A stretch of 64,000 nt of DNA from a virus. Below, in pieces: positions 59,237 through 64,000 of the stretch (positions within the stretch are counted from its first letter, which is position 1; every line of letters begins with the position of its first letter). A program made the position numbers and the translations under genes. Below the pieces are notes generated by a model that worked only from the letters and a program-made list of their open reading frames with translations, did not search any database and was not told where the DNA came from. The stretch covers positions 21,870-85,869 of the IMG/VR virus record IMGVR_UViG_3300037087_000150; one strand, given 5' to 3'.

Positions 59237-59542
59237 ATGAAAAATATTAAAAATTTTTATCAATACATAAATGAAAATATGGAAATAGACACAAAATATA
59301 AAATTGGTTTAGATGGGTTTATAGAACAAGAATTTCCTTGGGAATGTCCTGATTGCAGTTATGAAATGAACGCGAAGGATATTATTGGTTTTGGTTCTTA
59401 TCCTATTGGTGGTTATAGAAATAGTTTGAAACCAAATTGTGATATTGGGGTTGGATTTGAATGTCCGAAATGTTTTACTAAATCAGTATTTCACGGTAAC
59501 GAATCTGTTTATAAACTTTTTTTAGATGTAAATAAATATTAA
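59237..59542 (+). CDS. Zn-ribbon protein with CTS-like N-terminus
   Basis: MKNIKNFYQYINE; CPDC, CPKC. Confidence 0.6.
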   Translation: MKNIKNFYQYINENMEIDTKYKIGLDGFIEQEFPWECPDCSYEMNAKDIIGFGSYPIGGYRNSLKPNCDIGVGFECPKCFTKSVFHGNESVYKLFLDVNKY

Positions 59543-59567
59543 ACTTTTTCAATAAAAAATGATATAA
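59541..59567 (+). promoter_or_regulatory. Putative middle promoter AAACTTT-N14-ATATAA upstream of ncRNA 1
   Basis: Exact consensus; TAATATATA box also at 59614-59622. Confidence 0.55.
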
Positions 59568-59650
59568 ATTAATCAAATTGATATGGAAATGGAAAAAATT
59601 GACCTTTTTTCCGTAATATATAATTGAAATGTTCTTAAAAATATTGTAAT

Positions 59651-59761
59651 AATCATAGTAGCAATTCGATGGGGTTACTTCGGTTCTGATTGGTTCAACT
59701 CCAATAGAAAGCTGGTGAAAACCTCGCTTTTTAAACACCCCCGAAAAATATCTCTACGATT
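59651..59761 (+). ncRNA. Y RNA-like ncRNA 1 with tRNA T-arm mimic
   Basis: Ends pair (AATC.TAG/CTA.GATT; TTCG..GGGGT/ACCCC.CGAA); GTTACTTCG; ATTGG-TTCAACT-CCAAT; GGT-GAAA-ACC; next to TROVE gene. Confidence 0.7.
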
Positions 59762-59767
59762 TTTTTA

Positions 59768-59794
59768 AAACTTTTATAATATTTTGAGATATAA
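59768..59794 (+). promoter_or_regulatory. Putative middle promoter AAACTTT-N14-ATATAA upstream of ncRNA 2 and 3
   Basis: Exact consensus with no protein gene before the terminator. Confidence 0.55.
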
Positions 59795-59838
59795 TAATGG
59801 ATTATAGTAATAGAAAGTTCTTTAATTTATTGAAATAA

Positions 59839-59930
59839 AAAAGGTAGCGATAAAAGAGTTACTTCGATAATAAGAGAGGGATTCATCCCCCGCATATCAA
59901 CAACAAGACTCTTTTAGGTTTACTCCTTTT
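59839..59930 (+). ncRNA. Y RNA-like ncRNA 2 (minimal)
   Basis: AAAAGG/CCTTTT, TAGCGA, TAAAAGAGT/ACTCTTTTA, TACTTCG, GGGA-TTCA-TCCC. Confidence 0.7.
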
Positions 59931-59942
59931 AATGATATTTAC

Positions 59943-60203
59943 TGATGATAGTGAGATGTAGTGTTACTTCGCATGTACTATGTACATACATATGTAAGAG
60001 CGTCCTATCACTTCACTCTGGAGGGTGAACAAAGGTGATAGGTGGTGTTTTGGATCTCCAAGCCGAAAAAATCCAAGGTATTCATACCATAAATGAAGGT
60101 TTACAGTTTCCTAAGAACTGAGGTTACAAGCATTCCACAAGTTTTGGGTTGATTTAGAGAAAATACCTTAATTTTCTCGTCACACTTATCGTTTTCTTCA
60201 TCA
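59943..60203 (+). ncRNA. Y RNA-like ncRNA 3 (long, multi-helix insert)
   Basis: TGATGA/TCATCA, TAGTGA, GATG.AGTGT/ACACT.TATC, TACTTCG, about 210-nt structured insert. Confidence 0.7.
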
Positions 60204-60275
60204 AATAAATAATACTGATTTCACTCGTGGAGTGAAATCTCGGTTGACCACATTACCGTAAATGTGGTTTAAATT

Positions 60276-60316
60276 AAAAGGGGCTACCGATTGAAAGATT
60301 GATAACCCCTTTTTTT
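60276..60316 (+). terminator. Intrinsic terminator between ncRNA cluster and TROVE gene
   Basis: AAAAGGGG...GAAA...CCCCTTTTTTT. Confidence 0.7.
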
Positions 60317-60357
60317 ATTTTAAATAATTACAAAAAACAAAAAAGAAAGGATTTATT

Positions 60358-61968
60358 ATGGCAAAATTCAACAAACAAAAGACCGTTAATTCTCAAAAGA
60401 CAATTAACTTGGCTGGTGGTATAGCTTACAACGAATCGAGTAAACTCGAACTTATTTCTCTTTTGTTAACTTCATTCGCTCAGAGTAAGTTTTATGAAAA
60501 AGAAGAAAAGACCAATGATAGACTTATTGGTTTAATAGAGAAAAACCAACCTGATTTTGTAGCAAAATCTGCTATTTATGCTCGTAATGAATTCGGTATG
60601 AGATCCATTTCCCATATTACAGCAGCCGAATTAGCTAAGTTTGTTTCAAGTCAATCTTGGGCTAAGAGTTTTTACAATAAGATTATCCGTAGACCAGATG
60701 ATATGACTGAAATTTTGGCTTACTACATGAGTAAGAAAGGTAATAAAATTACCAACTCAATGAAGAAAGGTTTCGGAGAAGCTTTTTCAAAATTCGACGC
60801 TTATCAACTTGGTAAATACAGAGGTGAGGGTAAGGATTTCAAATTAGTTGACTTAGCTAATCTTGTTCACCCATCTCCAGTACAGGGTGATAAATATATG
60901 GTTGATGTAAACCGTAAGGAATACATGGACATCATGAAGAAAAAAATAGAAGTTTCTACCCAGAAGAAAAATAAAGATATTTCTGGATTGAAAGAAAAAC
61001 TATCTTGGGCAGAAAAACAAGAAGGTGAAACTATAAAAATTCACGCTCTTGAAGCACTTGTAATTGATTTACTTCGCAGTAAAGGTACTTGGGAATCTGA
61101 ATTGTCCAAAGCCGGTCAAATGGCCAAAAACGATGAGGAAAAAGAGTCCTTTAAGAAAGAAGTTTGGACAAATCTTCTAAATGAACGTAAAATCGGTTAC
61201 TTTGCTTTACTTCGTAATCTCAGAAATATTGTCGAACAAGCTCCTGATATGGTTGACAAGGCTTGTGAATTGTTAACTGATAAAAAGTTAATCAAAAATT
61301 CATTAGTACTTCCATTCAGATTCCTTGTAGCCTACAAAGAATTACAGGAATTGAGTTATTCTAACTCAGATTTCAGAAAGATTTTAGTAGCTATTAATCA
61401 AGCAGCTGAAATATCACTGGATAATGTTCCTAAGTTCGCTGGTAGAACATTAGTTGTTCTTGACACCTCTGGATCTATGACAACTTGTTACATAGCAAAG
61501 AGTAAGGTCACCTGTGCTGAAGCTGGTGCTCAGTTCGCTGGTGCCATCGCTAAGAGAAACAGTTGTGATTTAATGAGATTCGATGACAGAGCGGAATATA
61601 AGTTTTACAACCCTTCTGATAGTCTTATGACTATTTCAGGTATCTACAAATTCGCAAGTGCTGGAACAGATTTCAGAACAATTTTCAGAACAGCGAATAA
61701 AGCTTATGACAGAATCATAATCTTATCGGATATGCAGGGTTGGGTTGGTGGTGGTGCACCGACAGCTGACTTTAAATCATACTGTGAGAAATTCAATTGT
61801 CAACCACATATTTATTCATTTAATTTGAATGATTATGGTACATTGATGTTCCCAGAAAATAAAGTCTACGCTTTAGCTGGATTCTCTGATAAAGTATTTG
61901 AAATAATGGCTTTATTGGAAACAGATAGACAAGCTTTAATTCACAAAATCGAAGCAGTCGAATTATAA
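60358..61968 (+). CDS. rsr: Ro60/TROVE-domain RNA-binding protein with vWA domain
   Basis: NLAGGIAY, AIYARNEFGMRS, RRPDD, FDAYQLGKY, TWESELS, ALLRNLRNI, PFRF, MIDAS DTSGS, IILSD, GFSDKVF. Confidence 0.95.
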   Translation: MAKFNKQKTVNSQKTINLAGGIAYNESSKLELISLLLTSFAQSKFYEKEEKTNDRLIGLIEKNQPDFVAKSAIYARNEFGMRSISHITAAELAKFVSSQSWAKSFYNKIIRRPDDMTEILAYYMSKKGNKITNSMKKGFGEAFSKFDAYQLGKYRGEGKDFKLVDLANLVHPSPVQGDKYMVDVNRKEYMDIMKKKIEVSTQKKNKDISGLKEKLSWAEKQEGETIKIHALEALVIDLLRSKGTWESELSKAGQMAKNDEEKESFKKEVWTNLLNERKIGYFALLRNLRNIVEQAPDMVDKACELLTDKKLIKNSLVLPFRFLVAYKELQELSYSNSDFRKILVAINQAAEISLDNVPKFAGRTLVVLDTSGSMTTCYIAKSKVTCAEAGAQFAGAIAKRNSCDLMRFDDRAEYKFYNPSDSLMTISGIYKFASAGTDFRTIFRTANKAYDRIIILSDMQGWVGGGAPTADFKSYCEKFNCQPHIYSFNLNDYGTLMFPENKVYALAGFSDKVFEIMALLETDRQALIHKIEAVEL

Positions 61969-61989
61969 CGGGAGTACACCATACGAAGT

Positions 61990-62057
61990 GTCCCTGAAGA
62001 AATTCAAACATTCGGTGGAATGTGTACTCACCCGATAGTCCCTGAAGAAATTCAAAC
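61990..62057 (+). repeat. 20-nt direct repeat GTCCCTGAAGAAATTCAAAC (61990-62009, 62038-62057) capping two hairpins
   Basis: Exact duplication with different outer stems. Confidence 0.85.
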
Positions 62058-62070
62058 TATCGGGTTTTTT
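62030..62070 (+). terminator. Intrinsic terminator of TROVE gene
   Basis: ACCCGATAGT...ACTATCGGGT then T tract. Confidence 0.8.
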
Positions 62071-62071
62071 A

Positions 62072-62620
62072 TTATCCTGAATATAATGTAATCATATAAG
62101 GTGGAATATCTCCTTTCACTCTAATTCCATGACCATAAATTATTGATTCTCCAATAGTATTCCCCATATCAAATCCACCATATAATCTTTTATTTCTTAG
62201 TTGGTCTGTATCTGGTTCGATTTCACAGGTTGGAATTAAACATTCGTAAATTACTGCATTATCTATCCCCCATCCCATATTACCAAATGTTTTTGCCATT
62301 GATGGATATATTGAAAAATATGTGTATCCGAATGTAGATTGAGTTGTGTGTGAAGTTCCAGATTTAGTTGTTTTTAATCCATCTTTCAGAATAGGTAATT
62401 TTGGGCTTGTTCCATGATATACTTTGAGTAAACAACTTGGTTGAAATCTCGATTTACCACTTTTTCTCAAAAACTTAGTAATGTAATCAGCATTCTTCTT
62501 TGTTTCTTCTAAATGATCCCTGAAATCAACAAGAGGATCAATTATACAGTTGGGTTTTATGTTGATATAATGAACATACTTTTCATTAAAGAATTCATCC
62601 AGAGTAATGAGATATTTCAT
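62072..62620 (-). CDS. ADP-ribosyltransferase-like protein with CTS-like N-terminus
   Basis: MKYLITLDEFFNE; VYHGTS...ILKDGL...YFS....A..FG...VIYEC. Confidence 0.55.
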   Translation of the reverse strand: MKYLITLDEFFNEKYVHYINIKPNCIIDPLVDFRDHLEETKKNADYITKFLRKSGKSRFQPSCLLKVYHGTSPKLPILKDGLKTTKSGTSHTTQSTFGYTYFSIYPSMAKTFGNMGWGIDNAVIYECLIPTCEIEPDTDQLRNKRLYGGFDMGNTIGESIIYGHGIRVKGDIPPYMITLYSG

Positions 62621-62625
62621 AATAG

Positions 62626-62667
62626 GTATATATAAAAAAAGAGATTGAAATTAATCAATTCCTTTTT
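62626..62667 (-). repeat. 42-bp terminator+late-promoter unit, copy 1
   Basis: Matches 63505-63546 with 2 mismatches. Confidence 0.8.
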
Positions 62668-62668
62668 G

Positions 62669-63502
62669 TTATTTTGTCATTCGATCAAAAAATTCATCAC
62701 TATCTTTTGTTCGAATTGTATTATTTTTATTATAAAATTCTTTAGTATCAGAATCATACCAAAATGGAATCAATTTACTCACTTGATTTCCTATAAATAT
62801 TACTTGATGTTCATTATCACCGTTATGATAAAGTTTAACTCCATTGGATTTAAATAGAATTCCCTTATCTCCGTAATGACTGTATCCACTTTTAAAATTT
62901 TCATATATATTCTCTAAATCAAATGAAAAACAAAATCCATCCTCAACCCATTCATCGGCACCAGCAGATATTGCGAGGTTATATAAATTAGATATTCCAT
63001 GAAAACATTGTGATTCTAATATACTTTCCTGAGATTCTTTTTCACTCGTAAAATGAACTAACCAATCATCTATTACATCACCCTCATAAGAGAATGTCAC
63101 ATATAGAGGTAATACCACTAAATTTAAATTATATGGATTATTATTAAAAACATCATCAATAATTTTAATAAGAAATTCTTTATATGCTTTTTCTGCCTCT
63201 GGATAGTAGCTTAATTCATAATGAGTTGTTGGATATGTAATATTTTCAATTGCTTCTTCCTCAGAATCATATTCATCTAACTCTACGAAATACTCATAAT
63301 TATTTATCCCCCAATCAGAAAGTATTTCTGGATAATTATCATCAAAAAATTTCGGTAACTCGTTTTCTTTTTCTTCTATTGTTTTATCAAAATAATCAAC
63401 CAATTGCATCATTTTACCCCTTGCTGAGTTTAATCTTTCAAAAAGTAAATATTGGGATAAATTTTTTATATACTTCATCATACTTGTATTTGTTTGTATC
63501 AT
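62669..63502 (-). CDS. Hypothetical protein with CTS-like N-terminus and possible ART-like C-terminus
   Basis: MMKYIKNLSQYLLFE; WLVHFT...FCFSF...EHQVIF. Confidence 0.6.
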   Translation of the reverse strand: MIQTNTSMMKYIKNLSQYLLFERLNSARGKMMQLVDYFDKTIEEKENELPKFFDDNYPEILSDWGINNYEYFVELDEYDSEEEAIENITYPTTHYELSYYPEAEKAYKEFLIKIIDDVFNNNPYNLNLVVLPLYVTFSYEGDVIDDWLVHFTSEKESQESILESQCFHGISNLYNLAISAGADEWVEDGFCFSFDLENIYENFKSGYSHYGDKGILFKSNGVKLYHNGDNEHQVIFIGNQVSKLIPFWYDSDTKEFYNKNNTIRTKDSDEFFDRMTK

Positions 63503-63504
63503 TT

Positions 63505-63546
63505 GTATATATAAAAAAAGGGATTGAAATTAATCAATCCCTTTTT
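63505..63546 (-). repeat. 42-bp terminator+late-promoter unit, copy 2
   Basis: AAAAAGGGATTGA-TTAATT-TCAATCCCTTTTTTT-ATATATAC on minus strand. Confidence 0.8.
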
Positions 63547-63564
63547 TCGTGTCAATTAAGACTG

Positions 63565-64000
63565 TTACTTGTCTGAATTAAAATTAAAGAATTCATCCAT
63601 GTCCGTATCAACATTACTTGTTGATGGAGGTGGAGTTGCTTGTTGAGGACGTTGACTCTGACCCTGTGGTTGAGAAGCTATAGATGGGTTCGTGTTACGA
63701 ACTTGACTTGTAGCTTGTTCGGCGAATTCAATATCACCATCTCTCAAGACAGAAATAATCTTATCAACTTTATCTCTTTCTTCATCAGTCCAATCTTTCT
63801 TTGCCATATGATCTTCGATATTTACTTTTTCATCACGACCTAATAAAGTTTCTCTGATTTTGTTCTGCCATTTTGAATCACTAATTTTACCATTCTGGTC
63901 TAATTGAACAGGAATAAATACTTGTTTCTTTTCATTGTAGATTTTAAGTGGTGATGTTTCTAAGAATGCACTGTTATCATAATTTGGAAAAGTACCTTGT
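63565..64000 (-). CDS. 3' part of single-stranded DNA-binding protein (T4 gp32-like), begins beyond window
   Basis: Frame open to 64000: QGTFPNYDNSAF...; disordered linker and acidic DMDEFFNF tail. Confidence 0.7.
   Translation of the reverse strand, partial: QGTFPNYDNSAFLETSPLKIYNEKKQVFIPVQLDQNGKISDSKWQNKIRETLLGRDEKVNIEDHMAKKDWTDEERDKVDKIISVLRDGDIEFAEQATSQVRNTNPSIASQPQGQSQRPQQATPPPSTSNVDTDMDEFFNFNSDK

Noticed and set aside
59683-59735. Possible tRNA gene (GGTTCAACTCC T-arm)
   Set aside because: No D-arm, anticodon arm or acceptor stem in tRNA order; better explained as a tRNA-mimic domain of ncRNA 1.
59478-59738. 86-aa minus-strand ORF over ncRNA 1
   Set aside because: Low-complexity translation, overlaps the upstream gene and promoters; probably spurious.
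60081-60120. Anticodon-loop mimics (loops ACCATAA, TCCTAAG)
   Set aside because: Loops lack the U33 consensus; the shared CC is better explained by the pseudoknot model, though this is not excluded.
59651-60203. CRISPR array suggested by repeated GTTACTTCG
   Set aside because: Repeat is only 9 nt, spacing is irregular (184 and 105 nt), flanks base-pair, and no cas genes are present.
61992-62001. CCCTGAAGAA matches the 5' part of lambda boxB
   Set aside because: The closing GGGC is missing and the sequence folds differently (TGAA-GAAA-TTCA); likely coincidence.
1-64000. Stop-codon reassignment as in some large Bacteroidota phages
   Set aside because: Core genes are full length in code 11, coding density is high, and TAG/TGA end genes at tight junctions (e.g. 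20926, 59234).

Overview
AT-rich, densely coding window from a large T4-like myovirus (jumbo-phage style) using the standard genetic code. The likely host is Bacteroidota, inferred from repeated TAnnTTTG promoters and lipoprotein signal peptides. Core genes: single-chain type IIA topoisomerase, gp46-like SbcC ATPase, clamp loader subunits, UvsX, gp41 helicase, gp32-like SSB (partial), class II RNR, large terminase and a baseplate/tail module. Auxiliary genes: SET methyltransferase, GDP-fucose synthase, KamA, MgsA, GroEL, QueC-like, IMPDH/GMPR, CDF transporter, K+ channel, C5 MTase and a broken Dam. Most interesting signals: (1) three unannotated ncRNAs upstream of a Ro60/TROVE gene share one closing scaffold but carry different internal domains, one with a tandem pseudoknot-like array; (2) a cluster of miniature stand-alone fragments of portal, major capsid and tail sheath proteins, possibly decoys for structural-protein-sensing immunity; (3) a C-terminal peptide tag (IN-x-x-R-x-x-KL-x-x-IL) on 12 largely unrelated proteins; (4) a T4 CTS-like N-terminal motif on late-promoter genes, many of them ADP-ribosyltransferase-like; (5) three distinct promoter classes. 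All homology calls are by-eye motif recognition without database searches.
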